Origin: Truepera sp.
GTDB lineage: Bacteria; Deinococcota; Deinococci; Deinococcales; Trueperaceae
Direction: 5' to 3'
Length of the DNA stretch: 64,000 bases
Assembly: GCA_965218435.1 (NCBI GenBank)
Contig: CBDCKW010000009.1
Span: forward strand, 288,001-352,000
Part shown: piece after piece, positions 18,864 to 27,885 of the stretch
Numbering within the stretch: position 1 is the stretch's first letter
Layout: each line of letters starts with the position of its first letter
Notes under the pieces: model-generated
Database searches by the model: none
Told to the model about the DNA's origin: nothing
What the model saw: only the letters and a program-made list of their open reading frames with translations
Translations under genes and position numbers: made by a program

Positions 18864-20360
18864 ATGGCCCAACCCGAACAAAAGTCCTTGGCTGAACAGC
18901 GCGAACAGCGGCTCAGAAACCTCGAGTCGCTGCGTGAGCGCGGTTTTGACCCTTACCCTTATGCTTATAGTCCAACGCACACCGCCGCCGAGCTGCACCA
19001 AGCGCACCCTAAAGATGGGCTTACGCCGGGCGAGCACTTTGACGAAAGCGTCACGGTTGCAGGCCGCGTCATGCTTTTACGGGGGATGGGTAAGGCGAGT
19101 TTTGCGACGCTGCAAGACGCCTCGGGGCAGCTTCAGGCGTACTTTCAAAAAGATGCGCTGAGCGAGTACAATGCGCTTAAAAAGGTTGATTTGGGCGACT
19201 GGCTCGAGGTCACCGGCCCTTTGTTCGTCACCAAAACCGGCGAGTTGACCGTGCAAGCCACCGCGTTTCGTCCCCTCGTCAAGTCGCTGCGCCCGCTGCC
19301 CGACAAGTATCACGGCTTGAGCGACAAAGAGGCGCGTTACCGCCAACGTCACCTCGACCTGCTGCTCTCACCCGAGGTCAAACGGGCGTTCGTGCTGCGT
19401 TCGCGGGCAGTTTCGTTTATCCGCCGTTACCTGGACGACCTGGGCTTTTTAGAGGTTGAAACGCCGGTCTTGCAAGGCGTTCCCGGCGGCGCTGAAGCGC
19501 GGCCCTTTGTCACGCACCATAACGCTTTGGACCACGACTTTCACCTGCGGATTTCTTTAGAGCTTTATCTCAAACGCCTGATTGTCGGCGGCTTTGACGC
19601 GGTGTATGAGCTTGGCCGTAACTTTCGTAACGAGGGGATAGATTACAAGCACAACCCTGAGTACACGATGCTCGAGCTGTACTGGGCGGGCCGCGACTAT
19701 CTAGACATTTTGGCGCTCGTCGAAGACATGTACAGCAAACTTATCCAAGAACTGACCGGTTCGGTGAAGCTCGGTTATCAAGGAGCGACGCTCGACTTTA
19801 CCCCGCCGTGGCCGCGCGTAGATTACACCACTGAGTTGGAAAAACGTGCCGGGTTAGACTTTAGCTTGCTCGACGAAGCTAAACTGCGGGCGTGGGTTCG
19901 TGAGCACCATCCGGCTAACGGGGGAGAGGCGCTTGCCGACCGGCCCATCGGCGAGGTCTACAACAAGCTCTACGATATCTACCTCGAGCCGCACCTAGAG
20001 CAGCCCACTTTTGTGATGGGCCACCCGCTAGCGATCAGTCCGTTAGCCAAAGCTCACCGCTCGCGCCCCGGTTTAGTCGAACGCTTTGAACCGGTCTGCG
20101 CGGGGATGGAACTTGGCAACGCCTTTAGTGAGCTCAACGACCCGGTTGATCAGCGGCGGCGTTTTGAAGCGCAGCAGTCTTTACGCGACGCCGGTGATGA
20201 CGAGGCGCAGCAACTCGACGAAGACTTTTTGGTGGCGCTCGAGTACGGGATGCCGCCAACCGGCGGTTTAGGGCTTGGGATTGACCGTCTGGCGATGCTC
20301 TTAGCCGACGCGCCGAGTATCCGGGACGTCATCTTGTTCCCACTCTTAAAACCGGAGTAA
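18864..20360 (+). CDS. lysS: Lysyl-tRNA synthetase (class II)
   Basis: OB fold; FRNEG..HNPEYTMLE; GMPPTGGLGLGIDRL. Confidence 0.97.
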   Translation: MAQPEQKSLAEQREQRLRNLESLRERGFDPYPYAYSPTHTAAELHQAHPKDGLTPGEHFDESVTVAGRVMLLRGMGKASFATLQDASGQLQAYFQKDALSEYNALKKVDLGDWLEVTGPLFVTKTGELTVQATAFRPLVKSLRPLPDKYHGLSDKEARYRQRHLDLLLSPEVKRAFVLRSRAVSFIRRYLDDLGFLEVETPVLQGVPGGAEARPFVTHHNALDHDFHLRISLELYLKRLIVGGFDAVYELGRNFRNEGIDYKHNPEYTMLELYWAGRDYLDILALVEDMYSKLIQELTGSVKLGYQGATLDFTPPWPRVDYTTELEKRAGLDFSLLDEAKLRAWVREHHPANGGEALADRPIGEVYNKLYDIYLEPHLEQPTFVMGHPLAISPLAKAHRSRPGLVERFEPVCAGMELGNAFSELNDPVDQRRRFEAQQSLRDAGDDEAQQLDEDFLVALEYGMPPTGGLGLGIDRLAMLLADAPSIRDVILFPLLKPE

Positions 20361-20529
20361 AGCAGGAATTCTTAGACCTGCACCAGCCTTGTAATTACAC
20401 GGCTGACAATAGTCTATAGCTACTTTCGTAGGCAACCGTAGCACCAAGGTTTGTGCAAGGCTACTTTTAGCGTAAAGATGCTCGGTGCAGACTTTTCTGG
20501 TATAACGCGGCAAATACTGAGCAACAGCT

Positions 20530-20564
20530 AAAAAACGGAGGTAGAGTCTTAAGCTCTACCTCCG
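20530..20564 (-). terminator. Intrinsic terminator of the lipoprotein gene
   Basis: cggaggtagag/ctctacctccg stem with A-tract. Confidence 0.75.
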
Positions 20565-20607
20565 CCTGCTGCGTTATACTTGGCCTCTTTTTTACTGCTT
20601 TACGGTT

Positions 20608-21576
20608 CTAGCGATACTTGGAGAATTGCGAGTGGCGCTTGAACCAGTTGTCGCGTGCTTTTTCCCAAACGTGCTTGTCAGTCGTGACCTTAAAGCAGCT
20701 CGAGCTGTTGCGCTTGAGGTAGCTGAGGTAGCTTTTGCTGCCCCCGGTATAAACAATCGTGTTGTTCCGGCACGAGCCGCCGTTAAGAACTTTTTTCTCG
20801 ATCTTGCCGCCGTCGCGGTTAGGCAAGTAGAAGACGTTGTCGCTCAGGTTGAGCTTGCAGTAGTTTTTGCTGCGAAAGGTTACCTTGAAAAGGTCGTTGC
20901 TACGGCCTTTAAGTGAAATCAAGGTGTTTTTAACGTTGAAGTTATATCTACGTGGCTTACCCCTGCCTTCTGCGCGGCAAGATAAACCGGTGAAAGCACT
21001 GTCAATCAGTACATTGTCAGCAGTACCGGAGCTATAACGGTCGTTTTCGATGCCGTCGTCACCTGCACGGCCAACATACGAATTCTGGAAAGTCCAGTTC
21101 GGCATGTTTTCCTTGACCGTAAAGCCGTCACCGACGATTCTTCCGCCTACCCCTATCGCAGCGTTTTCAAGTGTGAGGTTAGGTGTATCACGAAACCAAA
21201 AGGCCGCCCTACTGTGATTGAAAGCCCAAGGCGCTGAGAGGCGTGCGCCGGTTACATAGGTTCCGCCCGAAATGCAGAGGAAACCGTGGTTGTAAGCGCC
21301 GACAAAAGCATTCTTTTTATCATTAAAAGTCACGCCACGCGCATCAACAATAACGTTTTTCTTTCTGAATACGCGGCCTTGATGGTTATTCCTCATATTG
21401 ATTTTATTACCGTGGCGGTTAAGGCAGCTGCTCGCCTGCGGCGCAAGCTCGTCTTGAGTCGGCGTGCTCGTATTGAGACCGCTGCTACAAGCTGCTAGCA
21501 GCAGGGCTACGCCGGAAACCGTAAGGTACTTTAGCCAGCCTCGAGTACGTTTTACCTCTGGTGTGAGGTTCGTCAT
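20608..21576 (-). CDS. Basic secreted lipoprotein, probable right-handed beta-helix (pectin-lyase-like)
   Basis: Lipobox LLAAC; Asn/Gly-rich rungs (NLTLENAAI, NWTFQNSYV, TADNVLI, NVKNTLI); GDDGIEND acidic motif. Confidence 0.6.
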   Translation of the reverse strand: MTNLTPEVKRTRGWLKYLTVSGVALLLAACSSGLNTSTPTQDELAPQASSCLNRHGNKINMRNNHQGRVFRKKNVIVDARGVTFNDKKNAFVGAYNHGFLCISGGTYVTGARLSAPWAFNHSRAAFWFRDTPNLTLENAAIGVGGRIVGDGFTVKENMPNWTFQNSYVGRAGDDGIENDRYSSGTADNVLIDSAFTGLSCRAEGRGKPRRYNFNVKNTLISLKGRSNDLFKVTFRSKNYCKLNLSDNVFYLPNRDGGKIEKKVLNGGSCRNNTIVYTGGSKSYLSYLKRNSSSCFKVTTDKHVWEKARDNWFKRHSQFSKYR

Positions 21577-22524
21577 ATTCAATATCCTTTTCCTCTCCGC
21601 TGCTCTGTTTAGACGCACACTTACCACATCCCTCAGACCAGCATTGATTGGGGAGACTTTTGTGTTGTGGAAACCGACTTTTTTGTCTGCGAATCCAGCG
21701 AGCACGTTGTTTGGTTCTGGTTAAGGGGAGGCCATCCGCTCAACACCTCTATGAACTTATCGTGTGCTCTTATGAAGATTATTAACCTTTTATGATCAAA
21801 GTATGAAAACATGCTCTCTACACCTTCATAGAAAGTACGACGCTGCCGATGAACGGCTGCTTTGTCGGGTCTTTTAGTCGTTTAGAGGCGTACTCATTTT
21901 CGGGTGAACGGACGCTGTTTTATCAAGTAGCTCATTACCAAATGTCTGGTAGAACGCTCCAACCGAACCGGGCTCAAAGCTTGGACTTTAAGCTTTGAGT
22001 GGTACCCAACTTATCTGAGTCGTCTCGTCTCCCGAAACCATGACGCCTTTGTCTGATACAGGGGTGATAATACAAGGGTGATCTAAATGCTCAACGCACC
22101 TTAGCATGAGAGGTTGTAAGAAACCCTACCCCGATTAAAGACTTTAGCTTCGCGTTTCCGGTTTACCAAGAACGGTTAGACAAGATGTCCGAATTGTAAA
22201 AACGCGCTTACACCGGTCTCTTCAACCGTTTTAATACTAAGTTTCTCCAGTTTAGACAGGCTTAGAGTCTTTTCCGAATTAGCGTAAGAAGCTTTCTGAA
22301 CTGCTCGTGGCAACTCAACCTTGATATACGGTTATGCCGCTTCTTAAAAATTATTTGGCCGGCTCGAGCCGGCCTCACTACATGGAAAACCTACCGAGAA
22401 ACGCTCTCTTATCAAAACTTTTTTGGCTATCCTTATAGCTGGGTTTAGTCTCGAGGTAAGAGCTTAGCGCAGCGTTGTGCAGGTCGCGTCCCCTGCTGAG
22501 AAAACGCGGTTTATGCTTGAACCC

Positions 22525-23979
22525 ATGACGCTTAAAGATAAGACGATGCATACCCCCGAATGGGTAAAAAACGCGGTGTTTTATCAGATATTTCCCGACC
22601 GCTTTGCGAAAAGTGACCGCGTTGCCAAAGCGAGCCATTTAGAAGCTTGGGACACGCCGCCGACTACGCGCGGCTACAAAGGGGGCGACCTTTTAGGCGT
22701 CGCTGAACGTTTGGACTACCTGCAAGACTTGGGCGTTACGGCACTCTACTTTAACCCGGTCTTTCAGTCAGGCTCGAATCACCGCTATCACACCCACGAC
22801 TACACCCAAGTTGACCCGATGTTAGGCGGCAATAGTGCGCTCCGTGAGCTGTTAGACGCGGCCCACGCACGCGACATAAAGGTCGTGCTAGACGGTGTAT
22901 TTAACCACGCCAGCCGAGGTTTTTTCCAGTTTCACGACATCCTCGAGAACGGCCCGCAGAGCGCCTACTTAGATTGGTTTCACGTCCGTTCATTTCCGCT
23001 TTACGCCTATCATGACGACAAGCACCCGGGCTATTCGGCGTGGTGGAACCTGCCCGCGCTGCCTAAGTTTAATACCGGCACAGAGGCCGTCCGCGAATTC
23101 TTGTGGGACGTCGGGACGAGGTGGTTGGAGTTCGGGATTGACGGCTGGCGTTTAGACGTCCCTAACGAAATCGGGGACGACACCTTCTGGCAGGAGTTTC
23201 GCCGCCGCTGCCGCGCGGTCAATCCGGAGTGCTATATCGTCGGTGAAATCTGGGACGACGCGGGCCACTGGCTGCAAGGCGACCAGTTCGACGCGGTGAT
23301 GAACTATCCCTTTACGCGGGCGGCGTTTGGTTTTACAGCGGCCCGGACCCTAAAGCACAGCGAAATCCGCCGCTGCGGGTATCAGCACATCGCCCCACTT
23401 GACGCGCCCGCCTTTGCCCATGAGGTCGAGGCGCTCTTAACGCAGCACCGCCCGGAAGCGACCGAGGTACAGCTCAACTTGCTCGGCAGTCACGACACAC
23501 CCAGAGCCCTCACCGTGGTTGGCGGCGACGAGGCGGCGCTGCGGCTCTCACTCTTTTTGCTCCTAACGTTTCCAGGAGCCCCTTGCCTTTACTACGGTGA
23601 CGAATTGGGGCTCGAAGGTGGGCACGATCCGGAATGCCGTCAGGCGATGCCGTGGAGCCAGCCGCAATGCTGGAACGAGGTGCTCAGAGACTATCTCAAA
23701 ACACTGGTGGCCCTGCGGCACCGTTACCCGGCGCTGCGTAGTGGAGCATTTAGAACGCTCTACGCTGAGGGCGGCGTCTATGCATTTGAGCGCGGGACTG
23801 GCGACGAACGGCTGGTCGGTGTCCTTAACGTAGCTGATGAGCCCTTGAGCTTCGCCCTCGAGGTTCAAGGAGACAACGTAGAAGCTCTGTTAGCTGGGGG
23901 AGAGGAGGCTACACTGCAGGTAAACGCCCTGAGCGGCACAGTGGCGGGGCGCTCGAGCCTCCTCTTTCGGGTGTCATAA
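22525..23979 (+). CDS. GH13 neopullulanase/cyclomaltodextrinase
   Basis: FYQIFPDRF, DGVFNH, GWRLDV, GEIW and LGSHD catalytic motifs; start 22525 or 22546. Confidence 0.93.
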   Translation: MTLKDKTMHTPEWVKNAVFYQIFPDRFAKSDRVAKASHLEAWDTPPTTRGYKGGDLLGVAERLDYLQDLGVTALYFNPVFQSGSNHRYHTHDYTQVDPMLGGNSALRELLDAAHARDIKVVLDGVFNHASRGFFQFHDILENGPQSAYLDWFHVRSFPLYAYHDDKHPGYSAWWNLPALPKFNTGTEAVREFLWDVGTRWLEFGIDGWRLDVPNEIGDDTFWQEFRRRCRAVNPECYIVGEIWDDAGHWLQGDQFDAVMNYPFTRAAFGFTAARTLKHSEIRRCGYQHIAPLDAPAFAHEVEALLTQHRPEATEVQLNLLGSHDTPRALTVVGGDEAALRLSLFLLLTFPGAPCLYYGDELGLEGGHDPECRQAMPWSQPQCWNEVLRDYLKTLVALRHRYPALRSGAFRTLYAEGGVYAFERGTGDERLVGVLNVADEPLSFALEVQGDNVEALLAGGEEATLQVNALSGTVAGRSSLLFRVS

Positions 23980-24066
23980 AGCCTCACCAACCGACGAAGT
24001 TAGGCTAGGTATTAGACAAACCAGTAAGGGCGTCGCCCACGCATTCTGACTACCCCGTCCAAACGC

Positions 24067-24096
24067 AAAAAAGAAGCGCAGGTGTCTTTGCGCTTC
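24067..24096 (-). terminator. Intrinsic terminator after amtB-glnK
   Basis: gaagcgca/tgcgcttc stem with A-tract. Confidence 0.7.
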
Positions 24097-24131
24097 CTTA
24101 TCCGCAACTTTTTGTAAGCCTCGCCGCGAGT

Positions 24132-24509
24132 TTAGCCTCGAGCTTTCCCTACGGGTGCCGGGGCTACGGGCGTTAAGGCTTCACTGCCTTCTTCGCCTGT
24201 GCGGATGCGCACCGCGCGTTCGATCGTCTGCACAAAGATTTTGCCGTCGCCCACCTCGCCGGTACGGGCACTTTTAACGATGGCTTCAACCGTTTTATCA
24301 ACAAACGCTTCACTGACGCCGATGGTAAGTTGCACTTTTTCGTGAAACTCGACGAGAAACCTCGAGCCCCGGTACTGCTCGAGCTGTTCGCGTTCGCCGC
24401 CGTGTCCACTGACACGGGTGATGGTGATACCCGTGACTCCGGCTTCAAAGAGCGCCTCTTTTACGGCGGCGAGTTTGTCGGGGCGAATAATCGCGGTAAT
24501 CAGTTTCAT
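24132..24509 (-). CDS. glnK: PII nitrogen regulator
   Basis: MKLITAIIRP, YRG, TGEVGDGKIFV, RIRTGE; coupled to amtB. Confidence 0.93.
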   Translation of the reverse strand: MKLITAIIRPDKLAAVKEALFEAGVTGITITRVSGHGGEREQLEQYRGSRFLVEFHEKVQLTIGVSEAFVDKTVEAIVKSARTGEVGDGKIFVQTIERAVRIRTGEEGSEALTPVAPAPVGKARG

Positions 24510-25906
24510 CAGTCTCCAGCAGCGACCGAGCTGACTAGTACGGGGTCGCGGAGGGTGTCGCCGCTGGCATAGGCTTCAGTGCCGTGTTCGGCTACGTCGA
24601 GCCCGCTAATCTCTTCTTCGGCGCTAACGCGGATACCCATTACAGCTTTAAGAATACTCCAGAGGATGAAGTTGCTCCCGAACGCTACCAGGCTGATGAC
24701 GGTGGTACCGAGTGCCTGAACGAGCAGAGGAGAAAAGCCGCCGCCATAAAAAAGGCCGTCGCTCGCACCGAGTGAGGCGAGTCCAAACAGTCCTAACGAC
24801 ATTGTGCCCCACATGCCGCAGATGCCGTGAACTGCAATTGCGCCGACCGGATCGTCAATTTTGTTCGCGTCGAGCGTCAAGATACCCCAAACCACCAAGC
24901 CGCCACCGACGCCGCCGATAATAATCGCGGCGACCGGGCTCACAAACGCGCACGGCGCAGTGATCGCCACGAGTCCTGCCAACACGCCGTTAATCGTCAT
25001 CGAAAAGTCGGGTTTGCCGAAACGCGACCACGAGGCGGCCAAGGCGACGATTGCGCCTGCAGCAGCGGCCAGGTTGGTCGTTAAAAAGATATGGGCGACG
25101 AGGCCGGGGTCACCGACGATGCCCATCGTCGAGCCGGGGTTAAAACCGAACCACCCGAGCCAGAGGATAAACACGCCGAGCGCGGCGAAGGTCATGTTAT
25201 GCCCTGGTATTGCGTTGATCTTACCGTTTGCGTAACGTCCGATCCGTGGGCCTAGTACAAGAACTGCGCCGAGCGCCGAAAAGCCGCCGACCGCGTGGAC
25301 GACCGTCGAACCGGCAAAGTCTAAAAAGCCGATCTGTGCAAGCCAGCCGCCGCCCCAGACCCAGTGGCCCAGAACCGGGTAGATCAGCGCGGTCATGACG
25401 ACTGAAAAAACCAGGTAGGAAGGAAACTTGACCCGTCCGCCGATAGCCCCTGAAACGATCGTCGCGGCAGTACCCGCAAAGACGAGTTGAAAAAAGAACT
25501 TGGCAGTGAGGGGGACGCCGGTCCAGCTGAGTGACGAGAAGATGCCCGCGTAGGCGTCGCCGGTGAGCGGGCTCGAGTCCGCCCCACCTAAAAACCAGCC
25601 GCCCAGACCCAAGATGCTGTTACCGTCAGCGAACATAAAGCCGAACCCGACCGCCCAAAACGCGATCGAGGCGATGATAAAGTCCATGTAGTTTTTCATC
25701 AGGATATTGACGACGTTTTTCGCGCTCTGTAACCCTGCCTCGACGAGCGCGAAGCCTGCCTGCATAAAGAAAACGAGCGCCGCTGCGACGAGCACCCAAA
25801 GGGTATCAACGCCGACGGTCAGCCCTCTGACCGCTTCGCCCTGGCCCTGAGCCAGTACGCTTCCCGCTGCAAAAAACAACAGTAAAACTGCAATTTTTAT
25901 CATCAT
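24509..25906 (-). CDS. amtB: Ammonium transporter
   Basis: MQAGFA, DFAGSTVVH, WFGFN and DDPVGAIAVHG motifs. Confidence 0.97.
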   Translation of the reverse strand: MMIKIAVLLLFFAAGSVLAQGQGEAVRGLTVGVDTLWVLVAAALVFFMQAGFALVEAGLQSAKNVVNILMKNYMDFIIASIAFWAVGFGFMFADGNSILGLGGWFLGGADSSPLTGDAYAGIFSSLSWTGVPLTAKFFFQLVFAGTAATIVSGAIGGRVKFPSYLVFSVVMTALIYPVLGHWVWGGGWLAQIGFLDFAGSTVVHAVGGFSALGAVLVLGPRIGRYANGKINAIPGHNMTFAALGVFILWLGWFGFNPGSTMGIVGDPGLVAHIFLTTNLAAAAGAIVALAASWSRFGKPDFSMTINGVLAGLVAITAPCAFVSPVAAIIIGGVGGGLVVWGILTLDANKIDDPVGAIAVHGICGMWGTMSLGLFGLASLGASDGLFYGGGFSPLLVQALGTTVISLVAFGSNFILWSILKAVMGIRVSAEEEISGLDVAEHGTEAYASGDTLRDPVLVSSVAAGD

Positions 25907-26273
25907 CTAATTGACCTCCTGGGATTCCGTTTCAGGTGCGGCGACCTACTCAAGAATATGCGCTGGGATGCAAAGTGTCAAGGACTAACTAGCTAAACGT
26001 TCAATTTTTTCATAACAAACCGTCTAAAAAACCGTAAATTGTGTTAAACGTTTTGTTACTTGGTGCAAATGAATAATATGATTTGTTCAACGGGTAATCG
26101 TATATAAACCCGTGACACCGTAAACGGAGTCGCTCGAGCGCAAGCAGCCGCTGTTTCAACTGGGCTTGGCTGTAAAAATTACCGGTAACCTTCTGCGAAT
26201 CAGTGGCCGCAGGTAAGTAGGCTGGCGGGACTCGAGCCTCCAACCGGCGCAGAGTGTCATACTAAGCTCTGTT

Positions 26274-27821
26274 TTGACCTCCTCCGAAGCTTCAACAACC
26301 CCAGCGGCCCAAACTCCCCAGCGAAGTACCGCCAGAGGTGCCCTGACCCTGATGATCGGAACGCTGGCGAGCCGCGTCACCGGACTTTTACGGCAGTCGC
26401 TGCTCAATAACCTGTTTAGCGTCGAAGTCACCGACGCTTTTCTCATCGCGCTAAAAATTCCTAACCTTTTTCGGGAACTCTTAGCTGAGGGCGCGCTGAT
26501 CAACTCGTTCGTCCCGGCGTACAAGGCGCTGCCGCCTGCTGACGCCAAACGGCTCTCGGGTGCGCTGCTGAGTTTGCTGGTCGTTTTGAACGGGCTTTTG
26601 CTATTACTGGCAGTATGGGCGGCTCCGGTCATCGTCAATCTGCTCGTCTCCGACCCGGCTAAGATTAACGTCCCGCTGACCATCATCCTGACGCGGGCCG
26701 TGTTTCCGTTTTTAAGCGCGATTTCGTTTTCGGCTTTGGCGATGGGTATCTTAAACGCTGAAGAGCGTTTTTTTGCTCCGGCTTGGGCACCGGTAATTCT
26801 CAACGTCGTTACGGCGGCGCTGATGCTGCTCTATCCAAATCAGGCGTTGATGCTGGCCGTCGCTTTTGTGCTCGGCGGTGTAGCGCAGCTGCTCTTTCAG
26901 GTGCCGCCGCTCGTTCGTTCAGGTCTTTTGCCGCAGCTCGGCGTATGGTGGCACCCACAGCTTGCGAGCGTGCTCGTGCTGATGATCCCTTTTACCTTTT
27001 CGACCGGGGCGCGGCAACTGCTGAACTTGGTCTCGAGCCGCCTGTTAACTACCCTACCCGCCGGTAGCGTCACCGCGTTTGGTAACGCCGACCTGTTCTT
27101 GAGCTTAGCACTAGGGCTTTTTGGTATCTCTCCGGCCCTGGCGTTTTACTCACGCCTCTCGGCTTATACGACAAAGCCAGCCGACTTTCAGCGGACGCTC
27201 TTGGGGGGTCTACGGCTCATCACCTTTCTCAGCGTTCCGGCGGGCTTGCTCTTAACCCTTTATGCCAGACCCGCAGTGGTCAGCGTCCTCAACTGGTTTC
27301 CGCTATTCGGGCGTCCAGGGATGGACGCTGCGACGCTTTCATTTTCCGTAACGGCCCTCGTACCTCTCGGCCTAGCCGTCTTTCCAGTCAGCCTCAGCAA
27401 CTTGCTGATCCGCACCTTTTACGTGCGCCGCCGCGTCTGGGCTCCGGTCGTCATTAGCGCACTTTATACCGGCCTCAGCGCACTTTTTTATATGGTTTTG
27501 GCCCCGCGTTACGGAGTTGCCGGGCTTTCGTGGGGCGCGGTTATAGCAGGCTGGGTTCAGCTGGGCGCACTGCTCTACCTAGTGGGGAAACGTGAGCACC
27601 TGAACTTTAGGAGTCTGGCAGTGCAAATCAGCCGGGTATGGCTGGCCGCACTTCTGGCTGTAGGGCTGGGCTGGCTTCTCTTAGCCGCGCTGCCGCTTCC
27701 GGGCGGTTGGTGGGGCGCGGCGCTGAGCGTGACTTTAGGGGGTAGCCTCAGCGCACTCTTATATCTAGCTTTTTGTATCCGTTTTGGTGTCGCTGAGGTG
27801 GCGCGGTTTCGCCGTAACTAA
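26274..27821 (+). CDS. murJ: Lipid II flippase
   Basis: SRVTGLLR, PNLFRELLAEGA; multi-TM. Confidence 0.9.
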   Translation: MTSSEASTTPAAQTPQRSTARGALTLMIGTLASRVTGLLRQSLLNNLFSVEVTDAFLIALKIPNLFRELLAEGALINSFVPAYKALPPADAKRLSGALLSLLVVLNGLLLLLAVWAAPVIVNLLVSDPAKINVPLTIILTRAVFPFLSAISFSALAMGILNAEERFFAPAWAPVILNVVTAALMLLYPNQALMLAVAFVLGGVAQLLFQVPPLVRSGLLPQLGVWWHPQLASVLVLMIPFTFSTGARQLLNLVSSRLLTTLPAGSVTAFGNADLFLSLALGLFGISPALAFYSRLSAYTTKPADFQRTLLGGLRLITFLSVPAGLLLTLYARPAVVSVLNWFPLFGRPGMDAATLSFSVTALVPLGLAVFPVSLSNLLIRTFYVRRRVWAPVVISALYTGLSALFYMVLAPRYGVAGLSWGAVIAGWVQLGALLYLVGKREHLNFRSLAVQISRVWLAALLAVGLGWLLLAALPLPGGWWGAALSVTLGGSLSALLYLAFCIRFGVAEVARFRRN

Positions 27822-27842
27822 GAAAAGCAAAGCTAAACCACG

Positions 27843-27868
27843 AAAAAAGCGCCCCGGTTTAGGGCGCT
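27843..27868 (-). terminator. Intrinsic terminator
   Basis: agcgccc/gggcgct stem with A-tract between convergent genes. Confidence 0.65.
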
Positions 27869-27885
27869 CGGTTCAGTGAAAGAGT

